A stretch of DNA of 64,000 nt from Eledone cirrhosa (lineage: Eukaryota). The stretch lies in NCBI GenBank assembly GCA_964016885.1, contig OZ024757.1, forward strand, positions 3,100,001 through 3,164,000, read 5' to 3'. Every line of letters begins with the position of its first letter. Position 1 is the first letter of the stretch. Under the pieces are notes generated by a model that made no database searches, had not been told where the DNA came from, and saw nothing but the letters and a program-made list of their open reading frames with translations. Shown here piece by piece: positions 1 through 11,900 of the stretch. Made by a program: the position numbers and the translations under genes.

Positions 1-3000
1 CATTCTAACCACATGTCTGTAGTATCAGAGCTGTGATCTCTCAATTTAGAGATTCTTTCCTGAGACATTCTAACCACATATCTATAGTATTAGAGCTGTG
101 ATCTCTCAATTCAAAGATTCTTTCCTGAAACATTCTAACCACATGTCTATAGTATCAGAGCTGTGATCTCTCAATTCAGAGATTCTTTCCTGAGACATGC
201 TAACCACATGTCTGTAGTATCAGAGCTGTGATCTCTCAATTCAGAGATTCTTTCCTGAGACATTCTAACCACATGTCTGTAGTATCAGAGCTGTGATCTT
301 TCAATTTAGAGATTCTTTCCTGAGACATTCTAACCACATGTCTTCAGTATTAGAGCTGTGATCTCTCAATCCTGAGATTCTTTCTTGAGACATTCTAATC
401 ACATATCTATAGTATTAGAGCTGTGATTTCTCAATTCAAAGATTCTTTCCAGAGATATTCTTACCACATGTCTGTAGTATCAGAGCTGTGATCTCTCAAT
501 TCAGAGATTCTTTCCTGAGACATTCCCGCCACCAATCTGTAGTATCAGAACTGTGATCTCTCAATTCAGAGATTCTTACCTGCGTCATTCTAACCACATG
601 TCTATAGTATCAGAGCTGTGATCTCTCAATTCAGAGATTCTTTCCTGAGACATTCTAACCACATGTCTGTAGTATCAGAGCTATGATCTCTCCATTCAGA
701 GATTTTTTCCTGAGACATTCTAACCACATGTCTGTAGTATCAGAGCTGTGATCTCTCAATTTAGAGATTCTTTCTTGAGACATTCTAACCACATATCTAT
801 AGTATTAGTGCTGCGATCTCTCAATTCAAAGATTCTTTCCAGAGATATTCTTACCACATGTCTGTAGTATCAGAGCTGTGATCTCTCAATTCAAAGATTC
901 TTTCCAGAGATATTCTTACCACATGTCTGTAGTATCAGAGCTGTGATCTCTCAATTCAGAGATTCTTTCCTGAGACATTCCCGCCACCAATCTGTAGTAT
1001 CAGATCTGTGATCTCTCAATTTAGAGATTCTTTCCTGAGGCATTCTAACCACATGTCTGTAGTATCAGAGCTGTGATCTCTCAATTCAGAGATTCTTTCC
1101 TGAGACATTCTAACCACATGTCTGTAGTATCAGAGGTGTGATCTCTCAATTCAGAGATTCTTTCCTGAGACATTCTAACCACATGTCTGTAGTATCAGAG
1201 CTGTGATATTTCAATTCAGAGATTCTTTCCTGAGACATTCTAACCACATGTCTATAGTATCAGAGCTGTGATCTCTCAACTCAGAGATTCTTTCCTGAGA
1301 CATTCTAACCACATGTCTATAGTATCAGAGCTGTGATCTCTCAATTCAGAGATTCTTTCCTGAAACATTCCCGCCACCAATCTGTAGTATCAGCGTTGTG
1401 ATATCTCAATTCAGAGATTCTTTTCTCAGACATTCTAACCACATTTTTATAGTATCAGAGCTGTGATCTCTCAATTTAGAGATTCTTTCCTGAGGCATTC
1501 TAACCACATGTCTATAGCTTCAGAGCTGTGATCTCTCAATTCAGAGATTCTTTCCTGAGACATTCTAACCACATGTCTGTAGTATCAGAGCTGTGATCTC
1601 TCAATTCAGAGATTCTTTCCTGAGACATTCTAACCACATGTCTGTAGTATCAGAGGTGTGATCTCTCAATTCAGAGATTCTTTCCTGAGACATTCTAACC
1701 ACATGTCTATAGTATCAGAGCTGTGATCTCTCAATTCAGAGATTCTTTCCTGAGACATTCTAACCACATGTCTGTAGTATCAGAGCTGTGATCTCTCAAT
1801 TCAGAGATTCTTTCCTCAGACATTCTAACCACATGTCTGTAGTATCAGAGCTGTGATCTCTCAATTTAGAGATTCTTTCCTGAGACATTCTAACCACATA
1901 TCTATAGTATTAGAGCTGTGATCTCTCAATTCAAAGATTCTTTCCAGAAATATTCTTACCACATGTCTGTAGTATCAGAGCTGTGATCTCTCATTTCAGA
2001 GATTCTTTCCTGAGACGTTATAACCACATGTCAATAGTATCAGAGCTGTGATCTCTCAATTCAGAGATTCTTTCCTGAAATATTCTCACCACCAATCTGT
2101 AGTATCAGCGTTGTGATCTCTCAATTCAGAGATTCTTTTCTCAGACATTCTAACCACATTTTTATAGTATCAGAGCTGTGATCTCTCAATTTAGAGATTC
2201 TTTCCTGAGGCATTCTAACCACATGTCTATAGCATCAGAGCTGTGATCTCTCAATTCAGAGATTCTTTCCTGAGACATTCTAACCACATGTCTGTAGTAT
2301 CAGAGCTGTGATCTGTCAATTCAGAGATTCTTTCCTGAGACATTCTAACCACATGTCTGTAGTATCAGAGCTGTGATCTCTTAATTCAGAGATTCTTTCC
2401 TGAGACATTCTAACCACATGACTATATTATCAGAGCTGTGATCTCTCAATTCAGAGATTCTTTCCTGAGACATTCTAACCACATGTCTATAGTATCAGAG
2501 CCGTGATCTCTCAATTCAGAGATTCTTTCCTGAGACATTCTAACCACATGTCTGTAGTATCAGAGCTGTGATCTCTCAATTCAGAGATTCTTTCCTGAGA
2601 CATGCTAACCACATGTCTGTAGTATCAGAGCTGTGATCTCTCAATTCAGAGATTCTTTCCTGAGACATTCTAACCACATGTCTGTAGTATCAGAGCTGTG
2701 ATCTCTCAATTTAGAGATTCTTTCCTGAGACATTCTAACCACATGTCTTCAGTATTAGAGCTGTCATCTCTCAATCCAGAGATTCTTTCCTGAGACATTC
2801 TAATCACATATCTATAGTATTAGAGCTGTGATCTCTCAATTCAAAGATTCTTTCCAGAGATATTCTAACCACATATCTATAGTTGTAGAGCTGTGATCTC
2901 TCAATTCAAAGATTCTTTCCAGAGATATTCTTACCACATGTCTGTAGTATCAGAGCTGTGATCTCTCAATTCAGAGATTCTTTCCTGAGACATTCCCGCC

Positions 3001-3729
3001 ACCAATCTGTAGTATCAGCGTTGTGATCTCTCAATTCAGAGATTCCTTCATGAGACATTCTAACCACATGTCTGTAGTATCAGAGCTGTGATCTCTCAAT
3101 TCAGAGATTCTTTCCTGCGACATTCTAACCACATGTCTATAGTATCAGAGCTGTGATCTCTCAATTCAGAGATTCTTTCCTGAGACATTCTAACCACATG
3201 TCTGTAGTATCAGAGCTGTGATCTCTCAATTCAGAGATTCTTTCCTCAGACATTCTAACCACATGTCTGTAGTATCAGAGCTGTGATCTCTCAATTTAGA
3301 GATTCTTTCCTGAGACATTCTAACCACATATCTATAGTATTAGAGCTGTGATCTCTCAATTCAAAGATTCTTTCCAGAGATATTCTTACCACATGTCTGT
3401 AGTATCAGAGCTGTGATCTCTCAATTCAGAGATTCTTTCCTGAGACATTCTAACCACATGTCTATAGTATCAGAGCTGTGATCTCTCAATTCAGAGATTC
3501 TTTCCTGACACATGCTAACCACATGTCTGTAGTATTAGAGCTGTGATCTCTCAATTCAAAGATTCTTTCCAGAGATATTCTTACCACATGTCAGTAGTAT
3601 CAGAGCTGTGATCTCTCAATTCAGAGATTCTTTCCTGAGACATTCCCGCCACCAATCTGTAGTATCAGAGCTGTGATCTCTCAATTTAGAGATTCTTTCC
3701 TGAGGCATTCTAACCACATGTCTGTAGTA

Positions 3730-6700
3730 TCAGAGCTGTGATCTCTCAATTCAGAGATTCTTTCCTGAGACATTCTAACCACATGTCTGTAGTATCAGAG
3801 GTGTGATCTCTCAATTCAGAGATTCTTTCCTGAGACATTCTAACCACATGTCTGTAGTATCAGAGCTGTGATATTTCAATTCAGAGATTCTTTCCTGAGA
3901 CATTCTAACCACATGTCTATAGTATCAGAGCTGTGATCTCTCAACTCAGAGATTCTTTCCTGAGACATTCTAACCACATGACTATAGTATCATAGCTGTG
4001 ATCTCTCAATTCAGAGATTCTTTCCTGAAACATTCCCGCCACCAATCTGTAGTATCAGCGTTGTGATCTCTCAATTCAGAGATTCTTTTCTCAGACATTC
4101 TAACCACATTTTTATAGTATCAGAGCTGTGATCTCTCAATTTAGAGATTCTTTCCTGAGGCATTCTAACCACATGTCTATAGCATCAGAGCTGTGATCTC
4201 TCAATTCAGAGATTCTTTCCTGAGACATTCTAACCACATGTCTGTAGTATCAGAGCTGTGATCTCTCAATTCAGAGATTCTTTCCTGCGACATTCTAACC
4301 ACATGTCTGTAGTATCAGAGCTGTGATCTCTTAATTCAGAGATTCTTTCCTGAGACATTCTAACCACATGTCTATATTATCAGAGCTGTGATCTCTCAAT
4401 TCAGAGATTCTTTCCTGAGACATTCTAACCACATGTCTGTAGTATCAGAGGTGTGACCTCTCAATTCAGAGATTCTTTCCTGAGACATGCTAACCACATG
4501 TCTGTAGTATCAGAGCTGTGATCTCTCAATTCAGAGATTCTTTCCTGAGACATTCTAACCACATGTCTATAGTATCAGAGCTGTGATCTCTCAATTCAGA
4601 GATTCTTTCCTGAGACATTCTAACCACATGTCTGTAGTATCAGAGCTGTGATCTCTCAATTCAGAGATTCTTTCCTCAGACATTCTAACCACATGTCTGT
4701 AGTATCAGAGCTGTGATCTCTCAATTCAGAGATTCTTTTCTCAGACATTCTAACCACATTTTTATAGTATCAGAGCTGTGATCTCTCAATTTAGAGATTC
4801 TTTCCTGAGGCATTCTAACCACATGTCTATAGCATCAGAGCTGTGATCTCTCAATTCAGAGATTCTTTCCTGAGACATTCTAACCACATGTCTGTAGTAT
4901 CAGAGCTGTGATCTCTCAATTCAGAGATTCTTTCCTGCGAAATTCTAACCACATGTCTGTAGTATCAGAGCTGTGATCTCTTAATTCAGAGATTCTTTCC
5001 TGAGACATTCTAACCACATGTCTATATTATCAGAGCTGTGATCTCTCAATTCAGAGATTCTTTCCTGAGACATTCTAACCACATGTCTGTAGTATCAGAG
5101 GTGTGACCTCTCAATTCAGAGATTCTTTCCTGAGACATGCTAACCACATGTCTGTAGTATCAGAGCTGTGATCTCTCAATTCAGAGATTCTTTCCTGAGA
5201 CATTCTAACCACATGTCTATAGTATCAGAGCTGTGATGTCTCAATTCAGAGATTCTTTCCTGAGACATTCTAACCACATGTCTGTAGTATCAGAGCTGTG
5301 ATCTCTCAATTCAGAGATTCTTTCCTCAGACATTCTAACCACATATCTGTAGTATCAGAGCTGTGATCTCTCAATTTAGAGATTCTTTCCTGAGACATTC
5401 TAACCACATATCTATAGTATTAGAGCTGTGATCTCTCAATTCAAAGATTATTTCCAGAGATATTCTTACCACATGTCTGTAGTATCAGAGCTGTGATCTC
5501 TCAATTCAGAGATTCTTTCCTGAGACATTCTAACCACATGTCTATAGTATCAGAGCTGTGATCTCACAATTCAGAGATTCTTTCCTGAGACATGCTAACC
5601 ACATGTCTGTAGTATTAGAGCTGTGATCTCTCAATTCAAAGATTCTTTCCAGAGATATTCTTACCACATGTCAGTAGTATCAGAGCTGTGATCTCTCAAT
5701 TCAGAGATTCTTTCCTGAGACATTCCCGCCACCAATCTGTAGTATCAGAGCTGTGATCTCTTAATTTAGAGATTCTTTCCTGAGGTATTCTAACCACATG
5801 TCTGTAGTATCAGAGCTGTGATCTCTCAATTCAGAGATTCTTTCCTGAGACATTCTAACCACATGTCTGTAGTATCAGAGGTGTGATCTCTCAATACAGA
5901 GATTCTTTCCTGAGACATTCTAACCACATGTCTGTAGTATCAGAGCTGTGATATTTCAATTCAGAGATTCTTTCCTGAGACATTCTAACCCCATGTCTAT
6001 AGTATCAGAGCTGTGATCTCTCAATTCAGAGATTCTTTCCTGAAACATTCCCGCCACCAATCTGTAGTATCAGCGTTGTGATCTCTCAATTCAGAGATTC
6101 TTTTCTCAGACATTCTAACCACATTTTTATAGTATCAGAGCTGTGATCTCTCAATTCAGAGATTCTTACCTGCGACATTCTAAACACATGTCTATAGTAT
6201 CAGAGCTGTGATCTCTCAATTTAGAGATTCTTTCCTGAGGCATTCTAACCACATGTCTATAGCATCAGAGCTGTGATCTCTCAATTCAGAGATTCTTTCC
6301 TGAGACATTCTAACCACATGTCTATAGTATCAGAGCTGTGATCTCTCAATTCAGAGATTCTTTCCTGAGACATTCTAACCACATGTCTGTAGTATCAGAG
6401 GTGTGATCTCTCAATTCAGAGATTCTTTCCTGAGACATTCTAACCACATGTCTGTAGTATCAGAGCTGTGATATTTCAATTCAGAGATTCTTTCCTGAGA
6501 CATTCTAACCACATGTCTATAGTATCAGAGCTGTGATCTCTCAACTCAGAGATTCTTTCCTGAGACATTCTAACCACATGACTATAGTATCATAGCTGTG
6601 ATCTCTCAATTCAGAGATTCTTTCCTGAAACATTCCCGCCACCAATCTGTAGTATCAGCGTTGTGATCTCTCAATTCAGAGATTCTTTTCTCAGACATTC

Positions 6701-8960
6701 TAACCACATTTTTATAGTATCAGAGCTGTGATCTCTCAATTTAGAGATTCTTTCCTGAGGCATTCTAACCACATGTCTATAGCATCAGAGCTGTGATCTC
6801 TCAATTCAGAGATTCTTTCCTGAGACATTCTAACCACATGTCTGTAGTATCAGAGCTGTGATCTCTCAATTCAGAGATTCTTTCCTGCGACATTCTAACC
6901 ACATGTCTGTAGTATCAGAGCTGTGATCTCTTAATTCAGAGATTCTTTCCTGAGACATTCTAACCACATGTCTATATTATCAGAGCTGTGATCTCTCAAT
7001 TCAGAGATTCTTTCCTGAGACATTCTAACCACATGTCTGTAGTATCAGAGGTGTGACCTCTCAATTCAGAGATTCTTTCCTGAGACATGCTAACCACATG
7101 TCTGTAGTATCAGAGCTGTGATCTCTCAATTCAGAGATTCTTTCCTGAGACATTCTAACCACATGTCTATAGTATCAGAGCTGTGATCTCTCAATTCAGA
7201 GATTCTTTCCTGAGACATTCTAACCACATGTCTGTAGTATCAGAGCTGTGATCTCTCAATTCAGAGATTCTTTCCTCAGACATTCTAACCACATGTCTGT
7301 AGTATCAGAGCTGTGATCTCTCAATTCAGAGATTCTTTTCTCAGACATTCTAACCACATTTTTATAGTATCAGAGCTGTGATCTCTCAATTTAGAGATTC
7401 TTTCCTGAGGCATTCTAACCACATGTCTATAGCATCAGAGCTGTGATCTCTCAATTCAGAGATTCTTTCCTGAGACATTCTAACCACATGTCTGTAGTAT
7501 CAGAGCTGTGATCTCTCAATTCAGAGATTTTTTCCTGCGAAATTCTAACCACATGTCTGTAGTATCAGAGCTGTGATCTCTTAATTCAGAGATTCTTTCC
7601 TGAGACATTCTAACCACATGTCTATAGTATCAGAGCTGTGATCTCTCAATTCAGAGATTCTTTCCTGAGACATTCTAACCACATGTCTGTAGTATCAGAG
7701 GTGTGACCTCTCAATTCAGAGATTCTTTCCTGAGACATGCTAACCACATGTCTGTAGTATCAGAGCTGTGATCTCTCAATTCAGAGATTCTTTCCTGAGA
7801 CATTCTAACCACATGTCTATAGTATCAGAGCTGTGATGTCTCAATTCAGAGATTCTTTCCTGAGACATTCTAACCACATGTCTGTAGTATCAGAGCTGTG
7901 ATCTCTCAATTCAGAGATTCTTTCCTCAGACATTCTAACCACATATCTGTAGTATCAGAGCTGTGATCTCTCAATTTAGAGATTCTTTCCTGAGACATTC
8001 TAACCACATATCTATAGTATTAGAGCTGTGATCTCTCAATTCAAAGATTATTTCCAGAGATATTCTTACCACATGTCTGTAGTATCAGAGCTGTGATCTC
8101 TCAATTCAGAGATTCTTTCCTGAGACATTCTAACCACATGTCTATAGTATCAGAGCTGTGATCTCACAATTCAGAGATTCTTTCCTGAGACATGCTAACC
8201 ACATGTCTGTAGTATTAGAGCTGTGATCTCTCAATTCAAAGATTCTTTCCAGAGATATTCTTACCACATGTCAGTAGTATCAGAGCTGTGATCTCTCAAT
8301 TCAGAGATTCTTTCCTGAGACATTCCCGCCACCAATCTGTAGTATCAGAGCTGTGATCTCTCAATTTAGAGATTCTTTCCTGAGGTATTCTAACCACATG
8401 TCTGTAGTATCAGAGCTGTGATCTCTCAATTCAGAGATTCTTTCCTGAGACATTCTAACCACATGTCTGTAGTATCAGAGGTGTGATCTCTCAATTCAGA
8501 GATTCTTTCCTGAGACATTCTAACCACATGTCTGTAGTATCAGAGCTGTGATATTTCAATTCAGAGATTCTTTCCTGAGACATTCTAACCCCATGTCTAT
8601 AGTATCAGAGCTGTGATCTCTCAACTCAGAGATTCTTTCCTGAGACATTCTAACCACATGTCTATAGTATCAGAGCTGTGATCTCTCAATTCAGAGATTC
8701 TTTCCTGAAACATTCCCGCCACCAATCTGTAGTATCAGCGTTGCGATCTCTCAATTCAGAGATTCTTTTCTCAGACATTCTAACCACATTTTTATAGTAT
8801 CAGAGCTGTGATCTCTCAATTCAGAGATTCTTACCTGCGACATTCTAAACACATGTCTATAGTATCAGAGCTGTGATCTCTCAATTTAGAGATTCTTTCC
8901 TGAGGCATTCTAACCACATGTCTATAGCATCAGAGCTGTGATCTCTCAATTCAGAGATTC
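3730..8960 (+). repeat. Tandem duplication of a 40-monomer (2600-bp) higher-order unit
   Basis: Rare variants recur exactly 2600 bp apart: actatagtatcatag 3981/6581, ctgtgatgtc 5231/7831, atctcacaat 5561/8161, tgaggtattc 5781/8381, ccatgtctat 5991/8591. The offset then becomes 2665 (one extra monomer): CCG monomer 6046/8711, ttacctgcga 6167/8832 region. Confidence 0.9.
4081..5380 (+). repeat. 10-monomer (650-bp) tandem duplication nested inside the larger HOR units
   Basis: tttatagtat 4111/4761, tctatattat 4371/5021 and gtgtgacctc 4451/5101 are all 650 bp apart. The same doubled 10-mer is inherited in later units (for example about 6680-7980 and about 11360-12660). Confidence 0.88.
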
Positions 8961-11900
8961 TTTCCTGAGACATTCTAACCACATGTCTGTAGTATCACAG
9001 CTGTGATCTCTCAATTCAGAGATTCTTTCCTGCGACATTCTAACCACATGTCTGTAGTATCAGAGCTGTGATCTCTTAATTCAGAGATTCTTTCCTGAGA
9101 CATTCTAACCACATGTCTATAGTATCAGAGCTGTGATCTCTCAATTCAGAGATTCTTTCCTGAGACATTCTAACCACATGTCTGTAGTATCAGAGGTGTG
9201 ATCTCTCAATTCAGAGATTCTTTCCTGAGACATGCTAACCATATGTCTGTAGTATCAGAGCTGTTATCTCTCAATTCAGAGATTCTTTCCTGAGACATTC
9301 TAAACACATGTCTGAAGTATCAGAGCTGTGATCTCTCAATTTAGAGATTCTTTCCTGAGACATTCTAACCACATGTCTTCAGTATTAGAGCTGTGATCTC
9401 TCAATCCAGAGATTCCTTCCTGAGACATTCTAACCACATATCTTTAGTATTAGAGCTGTGATCTCTCAATTCAAAGATTCTTTCCAGAGATATTCTTACC
9501 ACATATCTGTAGTATCAGAGCTGTGATCTCTCAATTCAGAGATTCTTTCCTGAGACATTCCCGCCACCAATCTGTAGTATCAGCGTTGTGATCTCTCAAT
9601 TCAGAGATTCTTTTCTCAGACATTCTAACCACAAGTCTTCAGTATTAGAGCTGTGATCTCTCAATCCAGAGATTCCTTCCTGAGACATTCTAACCACATA
9701 TCTATAGTATCAGAGCTGTGATCTCTCAATTTAGAGATTTCTTCCTGAAACATTCTAACCACATATCTATAGTATCAGAGCTGTGATCTCTCCATTCAGA
9801 GATTCTTTCCTGAGGCATTCTAACCACATGTCTATTGCATCAGAGCTGTGATCTCTCAATTCAGAGATTCTTTCCTGAGACATTCTTACCACATGTCTGT
9901 AGTATCAGAGCTGTGATCTCTCAATTTAGAGATTCCTTCCTGAAACATTCTAACCACATATCTATAGTATTAGAGCTGTGATCTCTCAATTCAAAGATTC
10001 TTTCCAGAGACATTCTAACCACATGTCTGTAGTATCAGAGCTGTGATCTCTCAATTCAGAGATTCTTTCCTGCGACATTTTAACCACATGTCTATAGTAT
10101 CAGAGCTGTGATCTCTCTATTCAGAGATTCTTTCCTGAGACATTCTAACCACATGTCTGTAGTATCAGAGCTGTGATCTCTCAATTCAGAGATTCTTTTC
10201 TGAGACAATCTAACCACATGTCTGTAGTATCAGAGCTGTGATCTCTCAATTTAGAGATTCTTTCCTGAGACATTCTAACCACATATCTATAGTATTAGAG
10301 CTGTGATCTCTCAATTCAAAGATTCTTTCCAGAGATATTCTTACCACATGTCTGTAGTATCAGAGCTGTGATCTCTCAATTCAGAGATTCTTTCCTGAGA
10401 CATTCTAATCACATATCTATAGTATTAGAGCTGTGATCTCTCAATTCAAAGATTCTTTCCAGAGATATTCTAACCACATATCTATAGTTGTAGAGCTGTG
10501 ATCTCTCAATTCAAAGATTCTTTCCAGAGATATTCTTTCCACATGTCTGTAGTATCAGAGCTGTGATCTCTCAATTCAGAGATTCTTTCCTGAGACATTC
10601 CCGCCACCAATCTGTAGTATCAGCCTTGTGATCTCTCAATTCAGAGATTCTTTCCTCAGAAATTCTAACCACATGTCTGTAGTATCAGAGCTGTGATCTC
10701 TCAATTTAGAGATTCTTTCCTGAGACGTTCTAACCACATATCTATAGTATTAGAGCTGTGATCTCTCAATTCAAAGATTCTTTCCAGAGATATTCTTACC
10801 ACATGTCTGTAGTATCAGAGCTGTGATCTCTCAATTCAGAGATTCTTTCCTGAGACATTCTAACCACATGTCTATAGTATCAGAGCTGTGATCTCTCAAT
10901 TCAGAGATTCTTTCCTGAGACATGCTAACCACATGTCTGTAGTATTAGAGCTGTGATCTCTCAATTCAAAGATTCTTTCCAGAGATATTCTTACCACATG
11001 TCAGTAGTATCAGAGCTGTGATCTCTCAATTCAGAGATTCTTTCCTGAGACATTCCCGCCACCAATCTGTAGTATCAGAGCTGTGATCTCTCAATTTAGA
11101 GATTCTTTCCTGAGACATTCTAACCACATGTCTGTAGTATCAGAGCTGTGATATTTCAATTCAGAGATTCTTTCCTGAGACATTCTAACCACATGTCTAT
11201 AGTATTAGAGCTGTGATCTCTCAACTCAGAGATTCTTTCCTGAGACATTCTAACCACATGTCTATAATATCAGAGCTGTGAACTCTCAATTCAGAGATTC
11301 TTTCCTGAAACATTCCCGCCACCAATCTGTAGTATCAGCGTTGTGATCTCTCAATTCAGAGATTATTTTCTCAGACATTCTAACCACATTTTTATAGTAT
11401 CAGAGCTGTGATCTCTCAATTTAGAGATTCTTTCCTGAGGCATTCTAACCACATGTCTATAGCATCAGAGCTGTGATCTCTCAATTCAGAGATTCCTTCC
11501 TGAGACATTCTAACCACATGTCTGTAGTATCAGAGCTGTGATCTCGCAATTCAGAGATTCTTTCCTGCGACATTCTAACCACATGTCTGTAGTATCAGAG
11601 CTGTGATCTCTTAATTCAGAGATTCTTTCCTGAGACATTCTAACCACATGTCTATAGTGTCAGAGCTGTGATCACTCAATTCAGAGATTCTTTCCTGAGA
11701 CATTCTAACCACATGTCTGTAGTATCAGAGGTGTGACCTCTCAATTCAGAGATTCTTTCCTGAGACATGCTAACCACATGTCTGTACTATCAGAGCTGTG
11801 ATCTCTCAATTCAGAGATTCTTTCCTCAGACATTCTAACCACATGTCTATAGTATCAGAGCTGTGATCTCTCAATTCAGAGATTCTTTCCTGAGACATTC

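Noticed and set aside
5-10. Telomere-like CTAACC (a permutation of the TTAGGG complement) in each monomer
   Set aside because: It is a single hexamer per 65 bp and never tandem, which is compatible with chance.
1-195. Fixed dimer or trimer (130/195-bp) as the true repeat unit
   Set aside because: Variants do not alternate with period 2 or 3. The higher-order periods seen are 6 monomers or more and variable.
185-215. Similarity to primate alpha satellite (TTTCCTGAGACATGCT versus TTTCTGAGAATGCT)
   Set aside because: The resemblance is short, gapped and recalled from memory. The period is 65, not 171, and I cannot extend an alignment.
163-258. Tandem C/D-box snoRNA cluster (GTGATCT ... CTGA)
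   Set aside because: The box C match to RTGATGA has two mismatches, there is no terminal stem or spacer between units, and no guide diversity.
524-540. CENP-B box in the CCG monomer (TCCCGCCACCAATCTGT versus TCCCGYTTCCAACGAAR)
   Set aside because: It matches 10/17 but only the CCCG part (4 of 9 essential bases); the T and CGAA are missing. The variant at 60511 has CCCG and CGAA, but 3 bp apart rather than 7.
1436-1465. V(D)J recombination-signal-like motif on the minus strand (CACAGCT followed by an A-run in the ttttt variant)
   Set aside because: The heptamer is imperfect, the A-rich tract is not at 12- or 23-bp spacing, and there are no gene segments.
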